Origin: an uncultured Candidatus Binatia bacterium
Lineage (GTDB): Bacteria; Desulfobacterota; Binatia; UBA9968; JAJDTQ01
Assembly: GCA_965215605.1 (NCBI GenBank)
Contig: OZ244070.1
Coordinates: forward strand, 2,592,001-2,656,000
Length of the DNA: 64,000 nucleotides
Direction of reading: 5' to 3'
Part shown: positions 55,419-64,000 of the stretch, in pieces
Numbering within the stretch: the stretch's first letter is position 1
How the letters are laid out: each line of letters begins with the position of its first letter
Translations under genes and position numbers: made by a program
The notes under the pieces: generated by a model
Database searches by the model: none
The model's input: only the letters and a program-made list of their open reading frames with translations
What the model was told of the DNA's origin: nothing

Positions 55419-56417
55419 ATGGCCACGCCCAGAATTGCCCTGATCCTCACCGGAGGCACCATCGATTCCGTCGGCGCCGATCGCCTCGACCTGGCCTGGT
55501 ACATCGAGAACAACAAGCGGCTCGGCGACGGCGAACTGGTGGGCTCGGTGCCGGAGTTGGCCTCCATCGCCCAGGTGGAGCAGGTGCCGTTCCGGCGGCT
55601 GCCGAGCCATGCGCTGGTGGACCGCGACTGGCTCGACCTGGCGGGGGTGCTGCACGGGATCTTCGAACGGGACGAGGCGGACGGGGCGGTCATCACCCAC
55701 GGCACCAACACCCTGGAGGAGACCGCCTACTTCCTGAACCTGGTGCTCAAGATCGACCGGCCGGTGGTGCTGGTGGGGTCCATGCGGCCGGCGACGGCGC
55801 TGGGCGCGGACGGCTACCTGAACCTGCTCAACGCCGTGCGGGTAGCCGCGGAACCGGATTCAAGCGGACACGGCGTGTTGGCCGTAATGAACGACCGGAT
55901 CTACGGCGCCCGGGACCTGACCAAGACCGCCACCTACCGCGTGGAGGCGTTCCAGGGACGGGACCTGGGACCGCTGGGTTTTGCCGACGCCGACGGCCGG
56001 GTGCGCTACCATCACCGGACGGTCAAGCCGCACACCACCGCGACCGAGTTTGACGTGACCGGCCTCGAGTCGCTGCCGCGGGTGGACGTGGTGGTTTCGC
56101 ACGCGGGCGCGGACGGCGCGATGATCGATGCCTGCGTGGCCGCGGGGGCCAGGGGTATCGTGTGCGCCGCCACCGGGGCAGGCCGCCCCACGCCGGCTCA
56201 GGACGAGGCTTTCGAGCGCGCCCGGGAAAAGGGTGTGGTCCTGTGCATCGGCAGCCGGGTGGGTTCGGGGAGGGTGGCCCGCAGCCCGAAGTTGGCCGAG
56301 CGCGGCGTCGTCACCGCCGACAACCTCCAGCCCTGGAAGGCCCGGGTGCTGCTGGCGCTGGCTCTCAGCGTCACCGACGACCCGGACGCCATTCAGCGGA
56401 TGTTCGATACGTACTGA
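55419..56417 (+). CDS. L-asparaginase/glutaminase family protein
   Basis: LTGGTI, THGTNTLEE, VGSMRP, DNLQPWKAR. Confidence 0.9.
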   Translation: MATPRIALILTGGTIDSVGADRLDLAWYIENNKRLGDGELVGSVPELASIAQVEQVPFRRLPSHALVDRDWLDLAGVLHGIFERDEADGAVITHGTNTLEETAYFLNLVLKIDRPVVLVGSMRPATALGADGYLNLLNAVRVAAEPDSSGHGVLAVMNDRIYGARDLTKTATYRVEAFQGRDLGPLGFADADGRVRYHHRTVKPHTTATEFDVTGLESLPRVDVVVSHAGADGAMIDACVAAGARGIVCAATGAGRPTPAQDEAFERAREKGVVLCIGSRVGSGRVARSPKLAERGVVTADNLQPWKARVLLALALSVTDDPDAIQRMFDTY

Positions 56418-56446
56418 GGTCCCCACGCCGTCCCCGGCGTCCCTCC

Positions 56447-57565
56447 TCACCCCAGCACGATCTTGCTCTCGTCTTCCCGCACCTCGATGGCGTTCTGGAT
56501 CAGCGCGGCGTAGCGGTACACCGCGTGGGCGAACTTGCTGTAGGGGATGGTCAGGAAGAGCCCGGCCACCACGCCCAGGTGGATCACCAGCAGCGTTCCC
56601 ATGGCGGCGGTTTCCCGGAAGACGAGCAGCAGCAGTCCGGTGAAGCTCGTCAGGAACAGCATCCAGAGGAAAGTCCTGTCCAAGCTGAGCATCTTCTCCT
56701 CGGCCGGGTCCAGGTCGCTTTTGGACTTGAGGTAGAGCAGCCCCACCGTGCCGATGCACATCATGACGCCGCCCACCGTCCCGAACACCACCGGAAGGCT
56801 CAGGTAGGGGTAGGGCGCATCCCAGTGGAGGAAGTGGTGGTAGAAGGCCGCAACGGTGGTGGCGGCGAAGTCCAGCGCGAAGCCGTAGAACACCAGGTGG
56901 TGGTGCCACATGCGGCTCTTGGAGAACTTCTCGTCGGGGTAGTTGCAGCCGTCGCCGCCGCCCTTCATGTACTGCAGGCCGAAGGCGTCCTTCATGGCGC
57001 GGGCGAAGGCGGGCAGGTTGATGAGGTCGGAGATGCTGCCGCGGGTGCGGCGCCAGAAGCTCACGAACCCCGCCAGCAACGCGAAGATGGCGTAGAAGAA
57101 CATCACGCTGGCCGGGAACACCATGGCGCCGTAGGGCACCACCGCGTAGAACGCCCCCGAGCCCTGGTGGGCGGAGAACAGCGTCGTGCTGCCCTGAAAC
57201 GCCAGGGTCAGCACGAAGGCCAGCACGATGCACACCGTGGTGACGAGCCCCACCAGGAAGGCGTTGTTCTTGTAGAAGCCTTTGAGCACCCGGGGCCAGG
57301 CGTAGTCCTCGTAGGTGTCGGCCCGAAGCCGTGACAGCGCCTGGGGCACGTTCACCCCGAACTCGTGGGGCGGCGCGTACTGGCAGGCGTAGTAGCAGGC
57401 GCGGCACTCGAAGCACAGGTTGGACATGTAGACCAAGTCCTTGGTGTCGAAGGTGCGCCGCCGCTCCATGGCCGGGAACACCGCGCAGAAGCCCGCGCAA
57501 TAGCGGCAGGCGTTGCAGATGGTCATGACCCGGTCGGCTTCCTTGAGATGCTCAGACGACGGCAC
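56447..57565 (-). CDS. tcuB: Tricarballylate utilization Fe-S membrane protein TcuB
   Basis: ICNACRYCAGFCAVFPAMERR, CFECRACYYACQYAPPHEF, GGGDGC, PYSKFAH. Confidence 0.9.
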   Translation of the reverse strand: MPSSEHLKEADRVMTICNACRYCAGFCAVFPAMERRRTFDTKDLVYMSNLCFECRACYYACQYAPPHEFGVNVPQALSRLRADTYEDYAWPRVLKGFYKNNAFLVGLVTTVCIVLAFVLTLAFQGSTTLFSAHQGSGAFYAVVPYGAMVFPASVMFFYAIFALLAGFVSFWRRTRGSISDLINLPAFARAMKDAFGLQYMKGGGDGCNYPDEKFSKSRMWHHHLVFYGFALDFAATTVAAFYHHFLHWDAPYPYLSLPVVFGTVGGVMMCIGTVGLLYLKSKSDLDPAEEKMLSLDRTFLWMLFLTSFTGLLLLVFRETAAMGTLLVIHLGVVAGLFLTIPYSKFAHAVYRYAALIQNAIEVREDESKIVLG

Positions 57566-58970
57566 GCGCGGCCTCCCTTCCTGCGATGCGGCCGAACACC
57601 GTTCCGATGGTCATGCCGAATCCCGCCAGATACCCCTTGCCGAGGATGTTTCCCGACATCATCTCCCCGGCTGCGAAGATGTTCGGAGACGGCTGGTCTT
57701 CGCCGAAAAGAACCTGGCACTGCTTGTTCACGGCCACGCCCATGTAGGTGAAGGTGATCCCCGGCCGCAACGGATAGCCGTAGAACGGCGGGGTGTCGAT
57801 GACCCGCGCCCAGTGGCTCTTGGGCGGGTCCATGCCCTCGGTGGAGCAGTCGTCCAGGATCGTGGGGTCGAAGGTCCCCGCTTTGACGGCGCTGTTGAAC
57901 GCGTTCACCGTCTCCTCCGCCTTGGCAGGGTTCAGGTCCAGGGACGCGGCGAGCTGCCGGACCGAGTTGGCCTCGAAGGGCGGGAACACCGAGGGCAGGA
58001 ACATGTCGATGGACTTGGCGTCCACGATGCAATAGGCCTCCTGCTCCGGCTGGCCGGCGATGAGGGTTCCCCAGATGGCATAGCGCTTGGGCCAGAAGTC
58101 CTCGCCCTCGTCGTAGAAGCGTTCGGCGTTCTTGTTGAGCACGACGCCGAAGGGGACGCAGTCGAGCCGGGTCACGATGCCGCCGTCGAACTTGGGCGCG
58201 CGCCCGTCCAGCGCGATGGCGTGGAAACCCTTGGCCCGCCCCGCCGGCTTGGCGCCCGCGTCGAACAACTGACGCAGCACCCGGCCCTTGTTGTAGGGCG
58301 TGCCGCGGATGATGAAGTTGTCCGCCGCCTCGCCCCAGTATTCCTTGAGCCAAGGCACGTTGGCCTCGAAGCCGCCGGAGGCGCCGATGAAGGCCTTGGC
58401 CGCCACCTCGCGCTTTTGGCCGTTGTGCTCCACCACCGCGGAGCGGAACACGCCGTCCTCGACGTTCAGGTCCCGCACCTCGGTGTCGTACTCCGCCCGG
58501 ATGCCCATCTTCTCGGCGGTGTCGTAGTAGGCGTTCATCAACGCCTTGCCGCCGCCCAGGAAGAATGCGTTGGTGCGCGAAAGCTGCAGGGTGCCGCGCA
58601 AGGACGGCTGCCATTTGATCCCGTGGGCCGACATCCATTCGCCCGCGTCCTGGGACTGGCGGATGCAGTAGCGCGCCAGCTCCTCGTTGGTGTCGCCGCC
58701 CGTCACCCGCAGCAGGTCCTCGTAGAACTCGTCCTCCGGATATGTGCCCGTGAGAAAGCCGTCCTCGCCCTCGTGCATGTAGCGAAGGTTCCGCGTGTGG
58801 CGGCTGTTGCCGCCCCGGAACGCCTTGGGCGCCGCCTCCAGCACCAACACGCTGGCGCCCCCGTGACGGGCCATGATGGCTGCGCACATCGCCGCGTTCC
58901 CACCGCCCGCGATGAGCACATCGACCTCGGGAACCCCTCCCGAACCCCCTCCGGTGGATGAAGAAGCCAT
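57552..58970 (-). CDS. tcuA: FAD-dependent tricarballylate dehydrogenase TcuA
   Basis: GGGNAAMCAA, RGGNSRHTRN, RTNAFFLGGGKAL, DEGEDFWPKRYAIWG, GYLAGFGMTIGTVFGRIAG. Confidence 0.92.
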   Translation of the reverse strand: MASSSTGGGSGGVPEVDVLIAGGGNAAMCAAIMARHGGASVLVLEAAPKAFRGGNSRHTRNLRYMHEGEDGFLTGTYPEDEFYEDLLRVTGGDTNEELARYCIRQSQDAGEWMSAHGIKWQPSLRGTLQLSRTNAFFLGGGKALMNAYYDTAEKMGIRAEYDTEVRDLNVEDGVFRSAVVEHNGQKREVAAKAFIGASGGFEANVPWLKEYWGEAADNFIIRGTPYNKGRVLRQLFDAGAKPAGRAKGFHAIALDGRAPKFDGGIVTRLDCVPFGVVLNKNAERFYDEGEDFWPKRYAIWGTLIAGQPEQEAYCIVDAKSIDMFLPSVFPPFEANSVRQLAASLDLNPAKAEETVNAFNSAVKAGTFDPTILDDCSTEGMDPPKSHWARVIDTPPFYGYPLRPGITFTYMGVAVNKQCQVLFGEDQPSPNIFAAGEMMSGNILGKGYLAGFGMTIGTVFGRIAGREAARAVV

Positions 58971-59059
58971 GACGCTACGTGTTAGTGGACACACCCGTTT
59001 CTGTCAACTTACGAATCTTCTGGGGTCGACATCGGCACAGACACAGAGTCTCAAAGAAC

Positions 59060-59149
59060 CGTCATTCCCTACACCTCCTCCGCAACCTCGGCACCCCCTC
59101 CGCAACCTCGACATTCCCGCCTTCGTCTCCCGCGAAAGCGGGAAACCAG
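59060..59149 (+). repeat. Degenerate family B REP with upstream half copies and 20-bp tandem duplication
   Basis: CGTCTCCCGCGAAAGCGGGAAACCAG at 59124; CGTCATTCCC at 59060; CCTCCGCAACCTCG twice at 20-nt spacing. Confidence 0.65.
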
Positions 59150-59228
59150 GCGGGGTGGGGCGGCGCCCAATTTGACAACCCCACACCTCCCTTGCCATGA
59201 AGTAACTTCACCATTCAGGAGGATTCCC

Positions 59229-60224
59229 GTGGAACTTGGCATCTATTTCCGTTCTTTCTTCACCAACCCGACACGGCCCCTGCACGAGCAGATCGACGAC
59301 GCCGTTGAGATCTGCCACGTCGCCCGTGACTGCGGCTTCGCCGCCATCACCATGCCCCAGCACTGGGTGTCGCATCCCACCATCTGGCCCCAGCCCTTCC
59401 CCATGCTGGCGCGGCTGGCCCCGGAGGTAGGCGAGATGCGGCTCCAGACCGGCATCGTGCTGCTGCCGCTCCACAACCCGCTCCAGGTGGCGGAAGACGT
59501 GGCCACCCTGGACCACATCGCCAAGGGCCGCTTCGTCCTCGGCGTGGGTTTGGGCTACCGCGACACCGAGCTCGAGGCCGTGGCCTCCAACCGCAAGCAG
59601 CGGGTGTCCCGCCTCACCGAGTCCATCGAAGTGATGAAGAAGCTCTGGACCGGCGAGGAGATCGACCACGAGGGCAAGTACTGGACGGTGCACGGCGCCA
59701 AGATGGGATTCACGCCCATCCAGAAGCCCCATCCGCCCATCTGGATCGCCTGCCAGAGCGAAGGCGCGGTGCGGCGCTCCGCCCGCATCGCCGACGCCGC
59801 CTATCTGGCGCCCCAGGTGGGCTTCGACGACGTCGCCCATCTCATCTCCATCTACCGCGACGAACGCAGCAAAACCGGCCAGGACCCCGGCCGCATCACC
59901 ATCTCCCGTGGCGTGGCCTATGCCCCCAACCGCGAGACCGCCATCGCCCAGGCGCGCGAGTCCGCGGCGTCTTCCTACAAGATGTACAGCAGTTGGAACA
60001 TGCAGGAAGACACCATGGTCAAGATCAACATCGCCTCCGACTCCGAAGTCAGCGCCTGGGCCGTCACCGGCAACGGCGACGACTGCTTGGCGGATCTCAG
60101 CCGCCTTGCCGAGGATGGCGTCGAGTACGTGGGCATGACCTTGCTCAACATGCCCAAGGACCTGTCGGGCCGGAAAGAATATCTGCAGGGGCTGGCCGAG
60201 AACGTGCTGCACCGGATGAAGTAG
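59229..60224 (+). CDS. LLM class flavin-dependent oxidoreductase
   Basis: PQHW, LLPLHNPLQVAEDVATLDHIAKGR, GLGYR, PIQKPHPPIWIA. Confidence 0.88.
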   Translation: MELGIYFRSFFTNPTRPLHEQIDDAVEICHVARDCGFAAITMPQHWVSHPTIWPQPFPMLARLAPEVGEMRLQTGIVLLPLHNPLQVAEDVATLDHIAKGRFVLGVGLGYRDTELEAVASNRKQRVSRLTESIEVMKKLWTGEEIDHEGKYWTVHGAKMGFTPIQKPHPPIWIACQSEGAVRRSARIADAAYLAPQVGFDDVAHLISIYRDERSKTGQDPGRITISRGVAYAPNRETAIAQARESAASSYKMYSSWNMQEDTMVKINIASDSEVSAWAVTGNGDDCLADLSRLAEDGVEYVGMTLLNMPKDLSGRKEYLQGLAENVLHRMK

Positions 60225-60263
60225 GCCGCGCGGCACGAGAACCGGCGCGCGGCGAGGACCCCC

Positions 60264-60743
60264 ATGGCGCTTGAGATCGAGCGCAAGTTCCTGGTCACCG
60301 GAGACGGCTGGCGCAAGGCCGAGGGAACGGTCCTCCGCCAAGGCTATCTGAACACCCACCCCGAACGCACCGTGCGCGTCCGCATCGAGGGCGACAAGGC
60401 CGCCCTCACCATCAAGGGAATCACCCGCGGCGCCACCCGTTCCGAGTACGAGTACGAAATCCCGCCCCAAGACGCCGCCGAACTGCTCCGCCTGTGCGAG
60501 CCGCCGCTAATAGAAAAGGTACGCCGCCGCCTGGAGCACGACGGCCTCATCTGGGAGGTGGACGAGTTCCTCGGGGACAACCAGGGCCTCGTCGTCGCCG
60601 AAGTCGAGCTGGACCGCGAAGACCGCCCGTTCACCAAGCCCGCGTGGGTCGGCGAAGAAGTCACCCACGATCCCCGCTTCTACAACGCCAACCTTGTGGC
60701 AAATCCCTTCACCAAGTGGCAAAATTCAAAGGAGCGCCTCTGA
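60264..60743 (+). CDS. CYTH domain protein (triphosphate tunnel metalloenzyme)
   Basis: EIERKFLV, QGYL, TVRVR, EYEYEI, WEVDEF, AEVEL. Confidence 0.92.
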   Translation: MALEIERKFLVTGDGWRKAEGTVLRQGYLNTHPERTVRVRIEGDKAALTIKGITRGATRSEYEYEIPPQDAAELLRLCEPPLIEKVRRRLEHDGLIWEVDEFLGDNQGLVVAEVELDREDRPFTKPAWVGEEVTHDPRFYNANLVANPFTKWQNSKERL

Positions 60744-60773
60744 CACCGGGGCGCCCCGGGTCTTCCCGAACAC

Positions 60774-60866
60774 GGAGGGGTGGCCGAGTGGTTTAAGGCA
60801 CCGGTCTTGAAAATCGGCGTCCGCCTAAACAGCGGACCGCGAGTTCGAATCTCGCCCCCTCCGCCA
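60774..60866 (+). tRNA. tRNA-Ser (anticodon UGA)
   Basis: Acceptor GGAGGGG/CCCCTCC+G-CCA, D-loop AGTGG, anticodon arm CCGGT-CTTGAAA-ATCGG, long variable arm, GTTCGAATC T-loop. Confidence 0.95.
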
Positions 60867-60898
60867 CCGCTTGCTCGGACGTATTCGAAAAACGAAAA

Positions 60899-61151
60899 AT
60901 GGTGAATTGGGCGCGATTTACACCAGTTGACTTTGAGTATGACTTCGAGCGGGATGAACTCGCTTCCCACCGAATCACTTTCGAGGAAGCGGTCGAGTGC
61001 TTCTTCTCGGACTTTGAAATCCGTCGCAAACAAGTCGTACAGAGATCGTTACCAAGTCCTCGGACGAACGGTTGGCGGCCGGCGTTTGAAGGTCATTTTT
61101 CAACTGAAATCGGGTGATGTCGTCCGGATCATTACAGGATGGCCCCTATGA
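60899..61151 (+). pseudogene. BrnT-like toxin with 1-nt insertion frameshift near 61028
   Basis: HRITFEEAVECF in one frame continues as NKSYRDRYQVLGRT..GRRLKVIF...VRIITGW in the next; ATGA overlap with downstream gene. Confidence 0.7.
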
Positions 61152-61426
61152 AGAAAAAGACAAGACCCTTAACCGAAAGAGAAGTTGATGACGCCGTCGT
61201 TGCCGAAGCTGACGACGACGCGGCTTGGGGAAAACCTGTCCGAGCCCGGAAAGCCAAGCCCACTAGCGTCCCATTGTCTGCGCCGGTAGCCACGCGAGCC
61301 GCGTTTTTCGCCCGCCTCCACCGGGAGAAGAGCGTGGACGTCTGGATCGAACGGATTATTCGAGACCGCCTCGATCTCGAAGAGGCCGTGTTTGCCGACG
61401 TGAAGCGAGAGATGGCCGCTCGGTGA
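61148..61426 (+). CDS. Putative antitoxin (BrnA/CopG-like RHH)
   Basis: Acidic N-terminus with W, then TSVPLS...WIERIIRDRL RHH-like segment; coupled to BrnT-like gene. Confidence 0.65.
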   Translation: MKKKTRPLTEREVDDAVVAEADDDAAWGKPVRARKAKPTSVPLSAPVATRAAFFARLHREKSVDVWIERIIRDRLDLEEAVFADVKREMAAR

Positions 61427-61429
61427 ACA

Positions 61430-61657
61430 GTCTCCCAGGGGCGAACCCGGTGGGCTGACTCACTCACATTGACCCGTCTCCGGTAAACCCGGCGTGGTTC
61501 AGAGAACCCGGAACCGAGCGTGAGGGTGTGCCTCACGGGCAAGGGGTCGGTGAAGTACCGGGAGCGGGCTTCAGGAGGGTGAAGGGAGAACTACTGTGTC
61601 GTCACCCGGGAAGGAACTCCGGGTTCTCTACCTTGTCAAACTCTTCACCCGGGAGAC
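61430..61657. ncRNA. Candidate structured non-coding element of unknown class
   Basis: Nested pairings: GTCTCCC/GGGAGAC, TTGAC/GTCAA, AGAGAACCCGGA/TCCGGGTTCTCT, CGTGAGG/CCTCACG, GGGTGA/TCACCC; no credible ORF. Confidence 0.45.
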
Positions 61658-61684
61658 AAAGCCGAAGGCACTAAGTGGCTTCTG

Positions 61685-61755
61685 AGGCACCGGTCTTGAA
61701 AATCGGCGTCCGCCTAACATGTGGACCGCGAGTTCGAATCTCGCCCCCTCCGCCA
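61685..61755 (+). repeat. Duplicated 3' 71 nt of tRNA-Ser (attR-like)
   Basis: Matches 60796-60866 except in the variable arm; lacks the 5' acceptor strand. Confidence 0.85.
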
Positions 61756-61856
61756 ACCATACTCCCATACAGTACCTGAGCGCTCCGTTTGCCGAGCCGG
61801 GGTGCCTGGTCTATGTTGGACTAGTTTGTGCTCTCTTGATCGGAGGAGGCTTGTTC

Positions 61857-62132
61857 GTGGCAAGGACCGGACCGCAACGTGTTTGGACCGTGGCTGAGGC
61901 GAAGGCGCACCTCTCCGAGATTCTGCGCCTAGCCCAGTCGGAAGGGCCGCAACGTATCGGTACCCGGCGGTCGTTCGTCGTCGTGCCCGCGGACGCATGG
62001 GACAACAAAGCCAATCCTCGCAAGCCCCTTGGCCGGTGGCTGATCGAGAACATGCCACGCGGGGTAGATCTCGAAGTTCCCGACCGCCGTTCCGCCCGGG
62101 AGGTTCCGTTCAGCGACGAGGATGACGAATGA
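61857..62132 (+). CDS. Phd/YefM family antitoxin
   Basis: WTVAEAKAHLSEILRLAQSEGPQRI; GGAGGAGG RBS. Confidence 0.85.
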   Translation: MARTGPQRVWTVAEAKAHLSEILRLAQSEGPQRIGTRRSFVVVPADAWDNKANPRKPLGRWLIENMPRGVDLEVPDRRSAREVPFSDEDDE

Positions 62133-62548
62133 GCGGGTATCTTCTGGACACGAACGTGGTCTCGGAGACCATGCGTAGTGTTCCGGATGCGCGTGTGGTG
62201 ACTTTTCTGGCGGAACATGACGACCTATGGCTGTCTTCGATCGTTGTGCACGAGTTGGAATACGGCGTGCGGCGGCTGGCACAAGGGCGACGGCGGTCCA
62301 GCCTGGAGGCTGACTTGCGGCGCCTCACTACAGAATACGAGGACCGCATACTGCCCTTGGACCGGGTGGGGGCGGAGTGGGCGGCCCGGTGCCGGGTCCT
62401 GGCCCAGCGCTCAGGACATACGCTGGACCTGGGCGACGCTCTCATCGCGGGAACGGCGAAGGCCCACGACCTCACCGTGGCCACTCGCAACATCGCTGAT
62501 TTCCAAGACGTCGGCGTTGAACTCGTCAATCCTTGGGAAGCAGAATGA
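62129..62548 (+). CDS. vapC: VapC family PIN-domain toxin
   Basis: YLLDTNVVSE, ELEYG, DALIAGTA, ATRNIADF, NPW. Confidence 0.9.
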   Translation: MSGYLLDTNVVSETMRSVPDARVVTFLAEHDDLWLSSIVVHELEYGVRRLAQGRRRSSLEADLRRLTTEYEDRILPLDRVGAEWAARCRVLAQRSGHTLDLGDALIAGTAKAHDLTVATRNIADFQDVGVELVNPWEAE

Positions 62549-63072
62549 GCAACAACGACCTCAACTGGATCGCCAACTACATATGGGGTATTGCCGACGA
62601 CGTGTTGCGCGACCTGTACGTGCGCGGCAAGTACCGCGACGTGATTCTGCCCATGACCGTGCTGCGCCGGCTCGATGCAGTCCTGGAAGACAGCAAGCAG
62701 GCCGTCCTCGACATGAAGGCGACCCTCGACGCTGCCGAGATTGTCGAACAGGACCAAGGCCCTGCGACAGGCCGCAGGACAAGCGTTCTACAACACCTCG
62801 CAGTTCACCCTGCGGGACCTGAGAGCCCGCGCCAATCGCCAGCAATTGACGGCCGACTTTGAGGCCTACCTGGACGGGTTCTCGCCCAACGTGCAGGACA
62901 TCCTCGACAACTTCGAGTTCCGCAACCAGATTCCGCGCCTGTCCAAAGCCGACGCCCTGGGCACGCTGATCGAGAAGCTCACCTCACCCGACATCAACCT
63001 GAGCCCGACTCCGGTTCTCAACACCGACGGCTCGGTCAAACACCCCGGCCTCGACAACCACGGCATGGGCTC
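62545..63072 (+). pseudogene. hsdM: Type I R-M methyltransferase HsdM, frameshifted (~62757) and truncated
   Basis: IANYIWGIADDVLRDLYVRGKYRDVILPMTVLRRLD; continues in another frame as ALRQAAGQAFYNTS...DGFSPNVQDIL...LDNHGMG, then similarity ends. Confidence 0.85.
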
Positions 63073-63150
63073 CCGGATGACGCCAGCCTGTCCGGCAACG
63101 ACCGGGCTGAAGTCGAGGATGAGGTTGAAATCCGAACGGAGGCATTCGAA

Positions 63151-63378
63151 ATGACGGATTGGCACACGTGCCCGGCCGTGGAACGGAAGCCGGGAAAAGT
63201 CAGCGGCGCGTGGGTGTTTGCGGGCACACGGATCCCACTGTCCGCACTGTACGAGAACCTCGCCGGTGGCGCCACGATCGACGAGTTCGTCGAGTGGTTC
63301 CCGGGCGTCGATAAGCAACAGGTCCGGGCGGTTCTCGAACACGAGGCGAAAGCGCTGAGAACGGCGGCAGCGCCTTGA
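63151..63378 (+). CDS. DUF433 family antitoxin-like protein
   Basis: VERKPGKVSGAWVFAGTRIPLSALYENLAGGATIDEFVEWFP. Confidence 0.85.
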   Translation: MTDWHTCPAVERKPGKVSGAWVFAGTRIPLSALYENLAGGATIDEFVEWFPGVDKQQVRAVLEHEAKALRTAAAP

Positions 63379-63607
63379 AGCTGCTGTTCGATCAGGGAAC
63401 GCCCGCACCGTTGCGGGACCACCTTCCGGAGCACTCCGTGGACACGCTGGCAGAGAACAGTTGGTCGGACAAGGACAACGGCGAGTTGCTAGACCTCGCG
63501 GAGCGAGAGGGGTACGAGATTCTTGTGACGACCGACCAGAACCTTCGACATCAACAGAATCTGGCGGGGAGGCGAATCGGCGTGGTCGTCCTGCTTTCCA
63601 CGAACTG
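63375..63607 (+). pseudogene. DUF5615/VapC45-like PIN toxin, C-terminally truncated by deletion into hsdR
   Basis: KLLFDQG, NGELL, LVTTDQNLRHQQNL, VVLLSTNW then abrupt switch to hsdR sequence. Confidence 0.7.
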
Positions 63608-64000
63608 GTCTTCACCTTCGAGCTCAAGAACAACCTGACCAAGCAGACCGTGGGCGACGCGGTCTGGCAATACTAGAAGGACCGCGACCCACGCGAGAAG
63701 CTGTTCGAGTTCGGCCGCTGCGTGGCCCACTTTGCCGTGGACGAGAACGAGGTACGCTTCTGCACCCACCTTCAGGGCAAGTCCTCGTGGTTCCGGCCCT
63801 TGGACCGGGGTTGGAACGACGGCGCGGGCAACCCGCCCAACCCGAACGGGCTCAAGACCGACTATCTGTGGCGCGGCGTACTGGCCCGCGAGAGCCTGAC
63901 GAACATCCTGGAGAATTATGCCCAGGTGGTGGAGTCAAGGGACGAGAAGAGCGGCAAGAAGAAGAAAACCCAGGTCTGGCCGCGCTACCACCAGCTCGAC
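63608..64000 (+). pseudogene. hsdR: Type I R-M restriction subunit HsdR internal fragment with premature stop (TAG 63674-63676)
   Basis: VFTFELKNNLTKQTVGDAVWQY*KDRDPREKLFEFGRCVAHFAVD...GAGNPPNPNGLKTDYLW...WPRYHQLD. Confidence 0.85.

Noticed and set aside
61595-61630. SRP RNA (GGAAGGAA resemblance)
   Set aside because: Lacks the conserved CAGGTCCGGAAGGAAGCAGC helix 8 context
61685-61755. Second functional tRNA-Ser gene
   Set aside because: 5' acceptor strand and D-stem 5' strand are missing at the required positions; treated as att-like fragment

Overview
GC-rich bacterial chromosomal window. The gene content resembles a deltaproteobacterial/Binatia-like heterotroph, but that placement is inference only. 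Housekeeping genes are secA, argJ, gatC-gatA...gatB, rnhB, yraN, serS and tRNA-Ser(UGA). They are interleaved with transport genes (TRAP, branched-chain-type ABC, MFS, EmrAB-like) and many uncharacterised catabolic enzymes: three luciferase-like monooxygenases, two xanthine-dehydrogenase-family molybdoenzymes, UbiD, amidohydrolase, nitrilase-family protein, cupins and tcuAB. Accessory DNA includes two AAA/DUF4143-type ATPases, a lower-GC ABC-ATPase plus NERD-helicase pair that abuts a truncated ornithine-cyclodeaminase gene, TA relics at 27.6-28.6 kb, and an island at tRNA-Ser with three type II TA modules and a decayed type I R-M system. The most unusual observations are five. (1) SecA carries a ~270-residue helical insert in its VAR region. 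(2) An ~0.8-kb integrase-less element is bounded by a 71-nt tRNA-Ser duplication and carries a BrnT/BrnA-like pair plus a ~230-nt multi-branched structured non-coding sequence. (3) The ATPase-NERD helicase pair is a candidate defence module. (4) A 163-bp hairpin MITE with perfect 25-bp TIRs abuts a start codon. (5) Repeats with 22-bp periodicity lie upstream of a DUF4143 ATPase. No CRISPR array, rRNA or intact integrase/transposase was seen. Family assignments come from motif recognition by eye, with no database searches.
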